Part shown: positions 54,252 through 63,374 of the stretch, one piece after another
How positions within the stretch are numbered: the first letter of the stretch is position 1
How the letters are laid out: each line of letters opens with the position of its first letter
NCBI GenBank assembly: GCA_003602575.1
Contig: QQRY01000018.1
Location: forward strand, 21,632-85,631
DNA from: Candidatus Poseidoniales archaeon
GTDB taxonomy: Archaea; Thermoplasmatota; Poseidoniia; Poseidoniales; Poseidoniaceae
DNA: 64,000 nucleotides
Direction of reading: 5' to 3'
The notes under the pieces: model-generated
Seen by the model: the letters and a program-made list of their open reading frames with translations, nothing else
Databases searched by the model: none
Told to the model about the DNA's origin: nothing
Translations under genes and position numbers: made by a program

Positions 54252-55874
54252 ATGGCTAAGAAAAAGAAGAAAAAGATGGTTGTTGAACTCGACCTACCTA
54301 AGGATGATAAGACCTTGAAAAATCTCTACATCATCTTGTTCTTTTCGATAATAATCGGTCTAAGTTCAGGGATCATGTGGGCGGCGAACTCTAGTTTTAT
54401 TCCTACTTCTAACGGGGAGCCAATGTTTACCAACATATATTGTGGTGCTACAGCAGTCGACCAAGCCGGAAATCAAATGGGTGAAGAATTTTCTGGGGTG
54501 ACTAAACCATCGTATAGAGCCAATGAATCATGTTCAATTTTGAAAGATAACCCTGACAAATTAACATGGGTGGAACAACCATGGTTAAATTTCCAATCAG
54601 AAGGTAAAACATTCGATGTGCCCGGTATTCCGGAAGAAAATAGGCAAGGAGTGGTTGTGGTTCAACCATTGGAAATGAATTGTGAAGTTTTAGCATCCAC
54701 TCCAACAAAATATACTGCTGCAATTAGAGATTCTGATGGCAAGACATTATCATTTGTTAACGGGACAACAGGTAAAACAAGCGATGAATGTTTTGTCTCG
54801 ATAGATCATATCGAGCCAGGAGAAAGATATCAAGTTGTATTTTTTTCAGTAGATGAAACGTCATTATCCTCAGCCGAGTTTGATATTACAGTCGACTACT
54901 ATGATGGAATTCCAACCAACATGAATAATAAATCATTCTGGATTGGTCCTAAGATAGATGCAGGTCCATTTACGTTTAGACCAGCAATATTTCTAAATTT
55001 CTTTGGTTTAACATTCTTCTTTTTCATTTACCCGGCCTCATTTTATTGGGAGAAAGTTGAGAAAAAGAAGAACGAAGTAGAAGAGAAATTCCCTGATTTC
55101 CTCAGGGATATGGCTGAATATTGGAAAGGTGGATTGTCTATGACTGTTGCAGTTCAAACCTTGGCCAAATCAGAATATGGGGCACTCAATGACGAAGTCA
55201 AGAAAATGTCAGATCAACTAAGCTGGGGAATAAAATTCAGCGATGTAATCAAGCAGTTTGCTGAAAGGGTTGGAACTCCTCTAGTCAAGAGAGCAATTAC
55301 ATTGATTGCTGAAGCAGATAGAGCAGGTGGTAAAATCTCAGATATTTTGGTAACCGCTGCTAATGACTCTCGAGAAATTAAATTCTTAGAAGGTGAAAGA
55401 AGAAGAGCGATTGGGTCCTATATTGCAGTCATTTGGACTTCGTATTTCGTATTTTTAGGTGTTATCACCTTGCTTGGTAGAATCTTTATTCCAGCTATTG
55501 CTAAATCTAACTCTGGAGATTCCGGTGGAGATTCCGGTGGAGCCAATATCGGTAACATGCAGATTCGAGCCATCGACCCACTTTTCTTCGTCACTGTGTT
55601 TTACTATGGAGTAACCATGCAGGCTATCGGTAATGGTACGATGGCTGGGTTAATGGCAAATGGTCGGTTTTCAGCAGGGTTCAAACATTCAGGGATGATG
55701 ATTATAGCTGCATTAATTGCTTTCAATCTACTTGTTTTTAATCCAGAGTTGATTGGCGATTCAGCATATGCTGTTACTAAATTAATCACAACCCCCGGTT
55801 CTTCTTACATGATTGGACTTAATCCATCAGGGGGCACTTTCTCCCCTACTCCAATGTTCTGGGGTGCCCCTTAA
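54252..55874 (+). CDS. Type IV filament platform protein, second half-type (single T2SSF domain) with Cys-containing ectodomain of about 215 aa
   Basis: 'KFPDFLRDMAEYWKGGLSMTVAVQTLAK...LVKRAITLIAEADRAGGKISDIL' T2SSF domain. N-terminal K-run, a TM, then an extracytoplasmic segment with 4 Cys. GGGGTGAT SD lies 4 nt before the ATG at 54252. Confidence 0.7.
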   Translation: MAKKKKKKMVVELDLPKDDKTLKNLYIILFFSIIIGLSSGIMWAANSSFIPTSNGEPMFTNIYCGATAVDQAGNQMGEEFSGVTKPSYRANESCSILKDNPDKLTWVEQPWLNFQSEGKTFDVPGIPEENRQGVVVVQPLEMNCEVLASTPTKYTAAIRDSDGKTLSFVNGTTGKTSDECFVSIDHIEPGERYQVVFFSVDETSLSSAEFDITVDYYDGIPTNMNNKSFWIGPKIDAGPFTFRPAIFLNFFGLTFFFFIYPASFYWEKVEKKKNEVEEKFPDFLRDMAEYWKGGLSMTVAVQTLAKSEYGALNDEVKKMSDQLSWGIKFSDVIKQFAERVGTPLVKRAITLIAEADRAGGKISDILVTAANDSREIKFLEGERRRAIGSYIAVIWTSYFVFLGVITLLGRIFIPAIAKSNSGDSGGDSGGANIGNMQIRAIDPLFFVTVFYYGVTMQAIGNGTMAGLMANGRFSAGFKHSGMMIIAALIAFNLLVFNPELIGDSAYAVTKLITTPGSSYMIGLNPSGGTFSPTPMFWGAP

Positions 55875-55888
55875 CGGAAGTTGATACA

Positions 55889-56329
55889 TTGCGTAATGAC
55901 GAGAATGCTCAGATACATATTCTTGAGATGTTGACATTATTTTGGCTATTTTTTATGTCTGCTACATTTCTTATTAGAATCGACGTCCCGGATTCGCCTT
56001 CAATCGCCCATGATTCTTCATTGGAAACTGCAGGCGAAACAGCATTCCTTTATGGATTAGGATTAGATGCTGAGATTGAAGGAGAAAATAGATTAACGGA
56101 ATTACTGAATAATAGCGACTTTGATGGAGCATGTGAATTATTACAAAACGCAATAATCAGCGGTAAAGAAAGTAACTGTTGGATTTCAAAAAATAGTGCA
56201 ACATCAGCACCTTATGGTTTGGTGGGAACTCCTTCTGGAACAACTTTTGCGGTTCATAATTTGGTGGTTATAGATGATGACCTATGGACAATCACACTAG
56301 ATGTTTGGAGTACTGGGGGTGGTGCATGA
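55889..56329 (+). CDS. Candidate pilin-like/minor pilin protein
   Basis: N-terminus '(M)RNDENAQIHILEMLTLFWLFFMSATFL' has a polar head followed by a hydrophobic helix, like class III signal peptides. TTG start. Position directly after the platform genes. Confidence 0.35.
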   Translation: MRNDENAQIHILEMLTLFWLFFMSATFLIRIDVPDSPSIAHDSSLETAGETAFLYGLGLDAEIEGENRLTELLNNSDFDGACELLQNAIISGKESNCWISKNSATSAPYGLVGTPSGTTFAVHNLVVIDDDLWTITLDVWSTGGGA

Positions 56330-56772
56330 TGTATGCAAGAGAGAGCCACTGTACGGACCGAGATGCTGGCCAAATGCTTCTTGCAACAGGAGTAGTTTTG
56401 TTATTGTCACTATTGTCTATGGCGGTTTTCAGTGTAAAGGTAGCAGGAATAACTCAGTCTACTGATAGCTCTTCCAATGGTGTAATTCAAACAACTAATG
56501 AAGTCATAGATGCAATACCAGTATTGGTTGAGAATCGTGCAATAGTTTGGATTGATGCTGGAGTCGAACGTTTAGAGGCCGCTCAATTATCCATTGATAG
56601 TGTTCATGATGATCTTTTGCATCATGGTGAATTAAGGGGTGTAGAAGTTAAAATTTTAAATTTCATGTTTTCTGATATTGATGGCTCATCGATGCAGGTA
56701 ACTGGAGAATTAGGAGTTTCAGATAGTACAACGACTCTACAGTCTAATGTATCTTTCATCATTTCTGTTTGA
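56326..56772 (+). CDS. Candidate pilin-like/minor pilin protein
   Basis: 'RDAGQMLLATGVVLLLSLLSMAVF' N-terminal motif. ATG at 56326 overlaps the upstream stop (ATGA), indicating translational coupling. Confidence 0.35.
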   Translation: MMYARESHCTDRDAGQMLLATGVVLLLSLLSMAVFSVKVAGITQSTDSSSNGVIQTTNEVIDAIPVLVENRAIVWIDAGVERLEAAQLSIDSVHDDLLHHGELRGVEVKILNFMFSDIDGSSMQVTGELGVSDSTTTLQSNVSFIISV

Positions 56773-57427
56773 CACGGTTCTCGTTCCAAGCAAGGTCGAG
56801 TAGATGCTGAATTCTATCAGTATCATTTTTGACTCTAGATATATCTACAATAGGCCAGTTCGAAACCTTTGATCTTTCCATTAAACCTTCTTGTATACTT
56901 CGAATACGTGCGAAGTTAGCAAGATATCTATCCGCTCTTCGAAAAGAATGTGCATCTCTTGAACGGAGCATTTCCTTGTGCTTATTTTCGTCACTTACAG
57001 CCATTATTACTCCAAGAGCAATTCCTCCTGCATCTCTCCATGCACCGAGTAACTTCTCACTTGGCACGATATGAACTCCTTCGAGTAGTAAGTCGATTCC
57101 TTCCCTTAACGCTCTATTTATTGTCGCTTCTATGCCAGTTTCGACCGCCTGACATGTATCAAGCCAATCGATTATAGGGTCATTAGCAGAACCTATGGAA
57201 AAAGAAGATCGATGTAGCGCTTCTTGCATATCTCCTTGGTCGCAACTTCGCATAATTTCACGAATTGCATCAGTTGAAAGAATTCTAGAAAAATTACTTT
57301 TGGAAGCGATATTTAGCGCAGCAGTAGATTTACCAGTTCCAGTAGCACCAGAAATCACCAGCAATCTTGGGGCACGGTCAGCGATGGTTCTAGCGGTTGT
57401 TTCAGCCAACCCTATCGTACGCGCCAT
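56759..57427 (-). CDS. 2-phosphoglycerate kinase-like P-loop kinase
   Basis: 'LLVISGATGTGKSTAALNIA...RILSTDAIREIMR' and 'LLEGVHIVP' resemble the COG2074 2-PGK family. Confidence 0.55.
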   Translation of the reverse strand: MARTIGLAETTARTIADRAPRLLVISGATGTGKSTAALNIASKSNFSRILSTDAIREIMRSCDQGDMQEALHRSSFSIGSANDPIIDWLDTCQAVETGIEATINRALREGIDLLLEGVHIVPSEKLLGAWRDAGGIALGVIMAVSDENKHKEMLRSRDAHSFRRADRYLANFARIRSIQEGLMERSKVSNWPIVDISRVKNDTDRIQHLLDLAWNENRVKQK

Positions 57428-57544
57428 GAATCACTTTGAGTGGTCTTTACTCATGAGTCTTACCTCACAAAAAATAATAATCTGGCTAATTTCAAGATTT
57501 TATTCAAAGCGAATACCTTTCAACGGTCACTTCATGGATGATTT

Positions 57545-58981
57545 ATGAGCGCACAACAAATGCTGATTGACGGGAAATGGATTGATGGCGAAAACGGTGA
57601 AACTAGCGATGTTATTAATCCTGCAACTGGAGTGGTAATTGCTACAGTCCCTAAAGCTACTATTTCAGATGTTGAAAATTGTGTATCTGCCTCACGTGTA
57701 GCATTTAATGATAAATCTTGGAAGAATATGGACCCTGCTCAAAGAGGAAGAATACTCAATAAAATGGCTGCTGCTACCTACGCGGCCGCTAAGGAACTGG
57801 CGGTAATAGAATCTGAGAACAATGGAAAAACATTCCGTGAAGCATTGTCTGAGATACGTTACGGCGCATGGACCTTGGAATATTTTGCTGGGCTATCAGA
57901 TAAGATTGAAGGAAGTACAATTCCAGTGCCTGGAAATAGACTTAATTACACATTGAGACAACCACTTGGCGTCACTGCACACATAGTTCCATGGAATTTT
58001 CCGCTACAATTAGCAATCCGTTCGATAGCACCAGCACTTGCTGCAGGATGTACTGTAATTGCTAAACCAGCATCTTGGACTCCTTTGTCATTGATTGCAT
58101 GGGCCAAGAAAATGGAAGAAGCTGAAGTAGGTCTTCCATCAGGTGTTTTACAAGTTATCACTGGTTCAGGTGGATTGATTGGAGATGCTCTAGCAGGGCA
58201 CTCAAATGTAGATGGTGTTGTCCTTACAGGAGGAGTGCCAACCGGGCAAACAGTAATGGCAAAGGCTAGTGAAAACCTTACACCAGTGACACTAGAGTTG
58301 GGCGGTAAAGGAGCAAATATTGTATTCCCTGATGCCAATTTAAAATATGCTGCGAAGGCGATTTGCTTTGGTATTTTCATGAATGCAGGTCAGATGTGTT
58401 GGGCTGGCTCAAGATTGATTGTACACGAGGATGTTCATGATGAATTAGTTGAAGCAGTAGTTGCTGAAGTTGGTAAGTGGAAAGTTGGGCCAGGTATGGA
58501 AGAAGGTGTTAGAATCGGTAGTTTGGTTCATCAAAATCATCGTGATGAAGTATTAGAGAAGTTAGAAGCGGGATTGAAAATGGGTGGAACTGTAGTTTGT
58601 GGAGGTAATGCCATTGATGGAGAAGGAGCTTTCATGGAAGCAACAGTTGTAACTGGCGTATCTAGTGATAACCTATTATTCAATGATGAATTATTCGGAC
58701 CGGTATTATCTGTAACTAAATTTAGTGAAGATTCTCAAGCACTTGAACTTGCCAACGATACTCCATTTGGATTATTGAATGGTATTTGGACCAATGACCT
58801 AAGTCGCGCCCACAATATGGCAAGAGATTTACAGTCTGGAATGATTTCTATAAACGAGTATCCTATTACTTTCCCTCAAACCGCTTTTACTGGTTGGAAA
58901 CAATCAGGAATAGGAATCGAGCAAAGTCAAGATGCTTTGAGATTTTATACCAAGGTCAAGAATGTCAATATCAAACTATGA
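57545..58981 (+). CDS. NAD(P)-dependent aldehyde dehydrogenase
   Basis: 'VPWNFPL', 'LELGGKGANIVF' (catalytic Glu), 'NAGQMCWAGSR' (catalytic Cys), 'ELFGPV'. Confidence 0.9.
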   Translation: MSAQQMLIDGKWIDGENGETSDVINPATGVVIATVPKATISDVENCVSASRVAFNDKSWKNMDPAQRGRILNKMAAATYAAAKELAVIESENNGKTFREALSEIRYGAWTLEYFAGLSDKIEGSTIPVPGNRLNYTLRQPLGVTAHIVPWNFPLQLAIRSIAPALAAGCTVIAKPASWTPLSLIAWAKKMEEAEVGLPSGVLQVITGSGGLIGDALAGHSNVDGVVLTGGVPTGQTVMAKASENLTPVTLELGGKGANIVFPDANLKYAAKAICFGIFMNAGQMCWAGSRLIVHEDVHDELVEAVVAEVGKWKVGPGMEEGVRIGSLVHQNHRDEVLEKLEAGLKMGGTVVCGGNAIDGEGAFMEATVVTGVSSDNLLFNDELFGPVLSVTKFSEDSQALELANDTPFGLLNGIWTNDLSRAHNMARDLQSGMISINEYPITFPQTAFTGWKQSGIGIEQSQDALRFYTKVKNVNIKL

Positions 58982-58990
58982 GGTGTAACT

Positions 58991-59773
58991 ATGACTGTTT
59001 CATCAACTGATATGGGGCATGGAGTTCGATTAATCCGTTTTTCAGGTCAATCTGCGACGCAATCTTTTTCTCGAACATTTTTACCTGAAATCGCTAAAGC
59101 AATCGATCAAGGTCTAGCTGATCATGACGTACGAGCATTGATACTAACAGGTGAAGGTAAATTTTTCTCGGCAGGAGCAGATATCAATGCATTTGCAAAG
59201 TCGATAGAAGACGGTGATGCACCGCAGTTGATTCGAGATCTTACTGGGGTTCTCCATCCTTTACTTGTGAGAATGCGCCAATCTCCTACCATTTCTGTGG
59301 CCGCAATCAATGGTGCTTGCGCAGGAGGCGGACTTGGTCTAGCTTTGGCATGTGATCTAAGAATTGGCTCCCATAGTGCCAAGATGGCCGCATCATATGC
59401 TGGCATGGGACTTTCTCCCGATGGCGGCACAACATGGTTGTTACCACGTTTGGTTGGCGACCAAATCGCAAGACGGTTTTTCTTTGAGAATGAAATCTGG
59501 TCAGCAGAAAAAGCCAATCAATTAGGAGCAATCGATACTATTGTTGACGAAGAATCTCTCATTGAATCTGCTCTTACGCTAGCACTAAAATGGTCTCAAT
59601 GGGGCAGTCATACTAAAGAGGCGACAAAGCATTTACTCGATGTACAGTCTGTGCAAGACTTTGAAACTCATCTAAAACATGAGCGTACTTTGATAGAAGC
59701 TGCTGGTACTACAGAGGCTTTCAAGGAAGGAGTCAGTGCTTTTTTAGAGAAGAGAAAGCCCAATTTTGATTGA
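58991..59773 (+). CDS. Enoyl-CoA hydratase/isomerase (crotonase) family protein
   Basis: 'FFSAGADINAF', 'INGACAGGGLGLALACDLRIG', 'EGVSAFLEKRKPNF'. Confidence 0.85.
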   Translation: MTVSSTDMGHGVRLIRFSGQSATQSFSRTFLPEIAKAIDQGLADHDVRALILTGEGKFFSAGADINAFAKSIEDGDAPQLIRDLTGVLHPLLVRMRQSPTISVAAINGACAGGGLGLALACDLRIGSHSAKMAASYAGMGLSPDGGTTWLLPRLVGDQIARRFFFENEIWSAEKANQLGAIDTIVDEESLIESALTLALKWSQWGSHTKEATKHLLDVQSVQDFETHLKHERTLIEAAGTTEAFKEGVSAFLEKRKPNFD

Positions 59774-60661
59774 TCACTTTGGTAAGTCTGTTTCTTCAGC
59801 ACTACCACTCGACCAGTCATAGATTCCCATGCCGGTTTTTTTACCGAGTCTTCCTTCAGAAACTAGTTTCTCGAGTAAAGGATGGGGAGTATAAGAATCA
59901 TCATTGAATGATTGTTTTAGATTCAATAAAATATCTCGGCGAACATCAAGTCCTACCAAATCAGTAAGTGCTAATGGGCCCATTGGATGCTTGTATCCCA
60001 GTACCATTGCAGTGTCGATATCTTTCGCACTAGCGACTCCATCCGCCAGCATTCTAATCGCTTCATTGCCCAGTACAACTCCAAGCCTCGATGTAGCAAA
60101 TCCAGGTACGTCATTGACTAAAATAGTAGTTTTACCCATTTTATCTCCAGCCATTTGTGCAGCGGAGATAGTATCCTTAGAGCAATTATCATGTTTGACT
60201 AATTCTAATAGTTTCATAATTGGTACAGGATTGAAGAAATGCATACCAATTACTTTTTTCGGCCTTCCCGAAGCATTAGCGATTTCTGCAATTGAAAGAG
60301 ATGAGGTATTTGTTCCTAAAATACAATCATTCCTTGTCATATTTCCTAGTGACTCAAAAATACTGCATTTAAGTTCCATAATTTCTGGAACTGCTTCGAT
60401 TACCATATCAACATCTTCAACAGCCATTTTCAAATCAGTGAATTGATGTAAATTCGCGGACCACTCGGTTTTTTGTTCTGGGGTAGTTTTACCACGAGCG
60501 ATTCCTTTGTCCCAAAAAGTATCAATCGCTTTGAGGCCTTTTTCAAGCCCTTCTGGATAAGCATCGAATAGATTTGTTTTCCAACCACTTTGGGCACAAA
60601 TTTGCGCAATTCCAGCGCCCATTGTTCCTGCACCAATTACCGCTACAGAGTTTATCTCCAT
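59774..60661 (-). CDS. 3-hydroxyacyl-CoA dehydrogenase (Hbd/PaaH-like)
   Basis: 'VAVIGAGTMGAGIAQ' Rossmann motif, 'NTSSLSI', 'HFFNPVPIMKLLE', 'PGFATSR', 'HPMGPLALTDLVGLD'. ATG at 60661 removes the overlap with the EamA gene. Confidence 0.9.
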   Translation of the reverse strand: MEINSVAVIGAGTMGAGIAQICAQSGWKTNLFDAYPEGLEKGLKAIDTFWDKGIARGKTTPEQKTEWSANLHQFTDLKMAVEDVDMVIEAVPEIMELKCSIFESLGNMTRNDCILGTNTSSLSIAEIANASGRPKKVIGMHFFNPVPIMKLLELVKHDNCSKDTISAAQMAGDKMGKTTILVNDVPGFATSRLGVVLGNEAIRMLADGVASAKDIDTAMVLGYKHPMGPLALTDLVGLDVRRDILLNLKQSFNDDSYTPHPLLEKLVSEGRLGKKTGMGIYDWSSGSAEETDLPK

Positions 60662-60683
60662 GAACAAGCCAATAGTTTGTACT

Positions 60684-61607
60684 TCATGATGCTTCCTTGA
60701 ACTTTGATGGTTTACTCTGTGCAATTGCAACTCCACCTACAATTAGAATAAAAGAAATTAACAATGCTGAACCTAATTTTTCATCTAGTAATAGATATCC
60801 ACTATAGATACCAATTGGGGGTACTAAGTAAACATAAAGTGCACTTTTCCCAGCACCGATGATTAATATTCCATCAGCAAACCAAACATAGGATATCACT
60901 GTAGAGAATACTGCGAGAAATACTACTGCTATCCACCCATCAAAACTAGGCTTTGGTATTCCATACTCTAGGGTTTCAATTGCCATAATCGGAGTCAAGA
61001 AAATTAAACCTGCAACAGAAGACCAAACGGTCAACTGTAGAGGGGAGAGAGGTTTTTTTGAATCTTCGGCCGGTAAAAGCATTGCTTTTTTCATCAAGAT
61101 TGTATTGCATGCCCAAGACAATGCAGCTCCAGCAATTAGCAGGTCACCAATTGCTCGGTCGGTAAAAGAAATATCTACATTTGGAGAATAATAGAATAGT
61201 ATTGCAACACCACTGATCCCGAGTGTTAAACCAATTGCTAATCGTGAGGTCATTTTCTCATCCAAAAAGAAAATTGCGAGTATTGCAGTAAAAAATGGAT
61301 TGAATGTAATCATCAAAGAAGCATCACCTGCGGCAGTATATTGCATTCCAAACATAAAAAATGCTTGATAAACACAAGTGGAGAAAAATCCGATTAAGGC
61401 AATTCTTTTCCATTCACCTCTTGACGGAACCATCCATTGATTTGCTAATCTTAGAAATACTAAGAAAAGGACTACAGCGATTACATATCTTATCCAAGAT
61501 GCGGCAAATGGTTCGATATCATTAGCAAGAACTCTTCCTGCAGGCCAGCCAAATCCCCATATGGTGGCAACCGATAATAACTTGAGATGAGTTAGTATAT
61601 TTCTCAT
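60684..61607 (-). CDS. DMT-superfamily (EamA) transporter
   Basis: A 10-TM protein with duplicated EamA-like halves ('LLSVATIWGFGWPAGR', 'LIIGAGKSALYVYLVPPIG'). Confidence 0.8.
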   Translation of the reverse strand: MRNILTHLKLLSVATIWGFGWPAGRVLANDIEPFAASWIRYVIAVVLFLVFLRLANQWMVPSRGEWKRIALIGFFSTCVYQAFFMFGMQYTAAGDASLMITFNPFFTAILAIFFLDEKMTSRLAIGLTLGISGVAILFYYSPNVDISFTDRAIGDLLIAGAALSWACNTILMKKAMLLPAEDSKKPLSPLQLTVWSSVAGLIFLTPIMAIETLEYGIPKPSFDGWIAVVFLAVFSTVISYVWFADGILIIGAGKSALYVYLVPPIGIYSGYLLLDEKLGSALLISFILIVGGVAIAQSKPSKFKEAS

Positions 61608-62140
61608 TCAAATCGCTCCAAACCTAGTTGGAGCATTCTGGCTCTTGGCAGACCAATTTCAGGTAGACCATCAGCGGGCGAATAAATTTTCAATCCTTCA
61701 ATTCTAGACACATAAAGGCCATAACTTGCCATGTCATTCAATTTATATGGAGTTTCTAAACCCATTTTAGTAAGCGTTTGACATGCTTTTTCGCTATACA
61801 ATGGATATAGGTTAGTCGAAAAGTGAACCCATTCAGAAATTCTCCGAGTGTCTATATCATCTAAAGTCAATAGGTGCTCTAGAAGTGATACATCAGGATA
61901 ACTTACAGTTTGTAAAATCATTTCCATTTCCATCATAATATCTTCTGGCCACGCCTTAGGAGGTCTCTTAGACCACTTTTCAGAAATAAAAACATGGTCG
62001 ATAGATGCTTTTTCTTGTATGGAATAAATCGTTTTAGCATAATGTTCATCTTCAATACTGTCTGCAACTAGAGATGGTAATTCAGAATAGAATCGTTCAC
62101 ACATCTCTACGTCAATACCGTAAAGTGAAACTGGTATCAT
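61604..62140 (-). CDS. Hypothetical protein coupled between the di-iron oxygenase and the EamA transporter
   Basis: ATG at 62140 preceded by GGAGGAG at 5-nt spacing. The stop overlaps the EamA start (ATGA). No motif recognised. The track lists a TTG at 62167. Confidence 0.5.
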   Translation of the reverse strand: MIPVSLYGIDVEMCERFYSELPSLVADSIEDEHYAKTIYSIQEKASIDHVFISEKWSKRPPKAWPEDIMMEMEMILQTVSYPDVSLLEHLLTLDDIDTRRISEWVHFSTNLYPLYSEKACQTLTKMGLETPYKLNDMASYGLYVSRIEGLKIYSPADGLPEIGLPRARMLQLGLERFE

Positions 62141-62163
62141 AGCGTCTCCTCCGGGAGAGTTAT

Positions 62164-63324
62164 TCAAGCGGTTGCACCGATTCCAGACTCGATTTGGCGG
62201 GTAGACATCGGTTTATTTTCAATCCATTCTAATTTGAAGATTTCTTTTAGTGCTTCTTCATCTTCTTTAGATGGTAGATGCGATGAGATGTAATCATTCC
62301 ATTCTTCATCTGAACCCTCGAATGCATTTCCTTCGACAGTGAACTTTTGTCTCTTAGCAACTCCGATATCTCTGTTGAAGTTTTCATGAGGGACATATAG
62401 TTTAGTTGCTCCTTCTGGAAGGTACTTGGAGAGTTTTGCAACCTCTCCAACGATCTCATCGTGATAGTGTCCTCTTGCCTCTTCGTTTAGAACCTCTTTA
62501 TCGACTTGGTTGCCAGCCTCTAACTTCTTTCTTTCATCCCATCTTCCTTTAATTCCCCATACATAGGCCCAATGAGCGGATGAAGATGCGTCTACCCCAA
62601 ATAAATCGTGAGCGGTAGCGACCCATTTGTTGATGTATCTTTGAAGCATATCCAATGGAATAACTCCTGCCTTGATGATTCTTCTTAGTCCATTTGAACC
62701 AGTACCCAGGTGGAATGACTCTTCCTTGAGCATTGGTCCCATCGACGCAGCTAGTGGCTTGAAGGCGGAGGTGGATAACATTCCTAGTTGGAATTTGCCG
62801 TCTCGGTCAACAAACATAGTGTAGCAGAAGAAGTCTAACCAGTGAGGCATTGGTCTATTGAAAGCCCCTAGTAGTCTGTCTCCATCCTGAGCGTTTCTCT
62901 CTAGTAATTTTTGAGCCTCACGACGACCTTGTTGGCCAAAGTAAGTCATTAGAAGATATGCCATTTGCCATCCATGACGTTGTTCTTCTGCCATAATTCT
63001 TGCAGCAGCATATCTGTCATAATCGGTTGGAGCAGTTGCTAATAGGTGGCGTTGTTGTTCAACTGATGCGAATTCAGTATCTCCTTGAACTGTAATCATT
63101 GAGATTAGCGCATCTCTCATACTTTGATGAGGTACTTGTAGCGACCTTTCCCACTTTCTACGGCCTTCATAATCCCCAAATTCAATGACATCTCCTGCTC
63201 TATCCCAGTCAAATTGAATCGATAGGTCGAAGTCACCAAGCCAATTTTTATCAAAGCCCACTCGATCTTGCCATTCTCCAAAATTCGAAATCCAGTCTTC
63301 CCATGTACTCGGTAAGTTGTCCAT
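62164..63324 (-). CDS. Ferritin-like di-iron oxygenase of the PaaA/BoxB (phenylacetyl-/benzoyl-CoA epoxidase) family
   Basis: Two ExxH di-iron motifs, 'MAEEQRHGWQMAYLL' and 'LKEESFHLGTG', plus an upstream 'QGDTEFASVEQQRH'. The pattern resembles BoxB/PaaA catalytic subunits. Confidence 0.6.
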   Translation of the reverse strand: MDNLPSTWEDWISNFGEWQDRVGFDKNWLGDFDLSIQFDWDRAGDVIEFGDYEGRRKWERSLQVPHQSMRDALISMITVQGDTEFASVEQQRHLLATAPTDYDRYAAARIMAEEQRHGWQMAYLLMTYFGQQGRREAQKLLERNAQDGDRLLGAFNRPMPHWLDFFCYTMFVDRDGKFQLGMLSTSAFKPLAASMGPMLKEESFHLGTGSNGLRRIIKAGVIPLDMLQRYINKWVATAHDLFGVDASSSAHWAYVWGIKGRWDERKKLEAGNQVDKEVLNEEARGHYHDEIVGEVAKLSKYLPEGATKLYVPHENFNRDIGVAKRQKFTVEGNAFEGSDEEWNDYISSHLPSKEDEEALKEIFKLEWIENKPMSTRQIESGIGATA

Positions 63325-63374
63325 GATTACCTGAGAGCGGGGTCATCCTTATTGCCTTTGCGAACATATTCGTA

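Noticed and set aside
55515-55542. A 12-nt tandem duplication, ggagattccggt x2.3.
   Set aside because: It lies in frame inside the second platform gene and encodes the GDSGGDSGG loop. It is too short to be more than a local slippage duplication.
53186-55874. Two adjacent platform ORFs read as a frameshifted ArlJ/PilC pseudogene.
   Set aside because: Each ORF has a plausible ATG, and the second has a GGGGTGAT SD. There is a clean 13-nt spacer. Each product has its own TM helices and a complete single T2SSF domain. The second also begins with a new N-terminal module rather than continuing the first. I therefore treated it as a genuine two-gene platform, although comparison with relatives is still needed.
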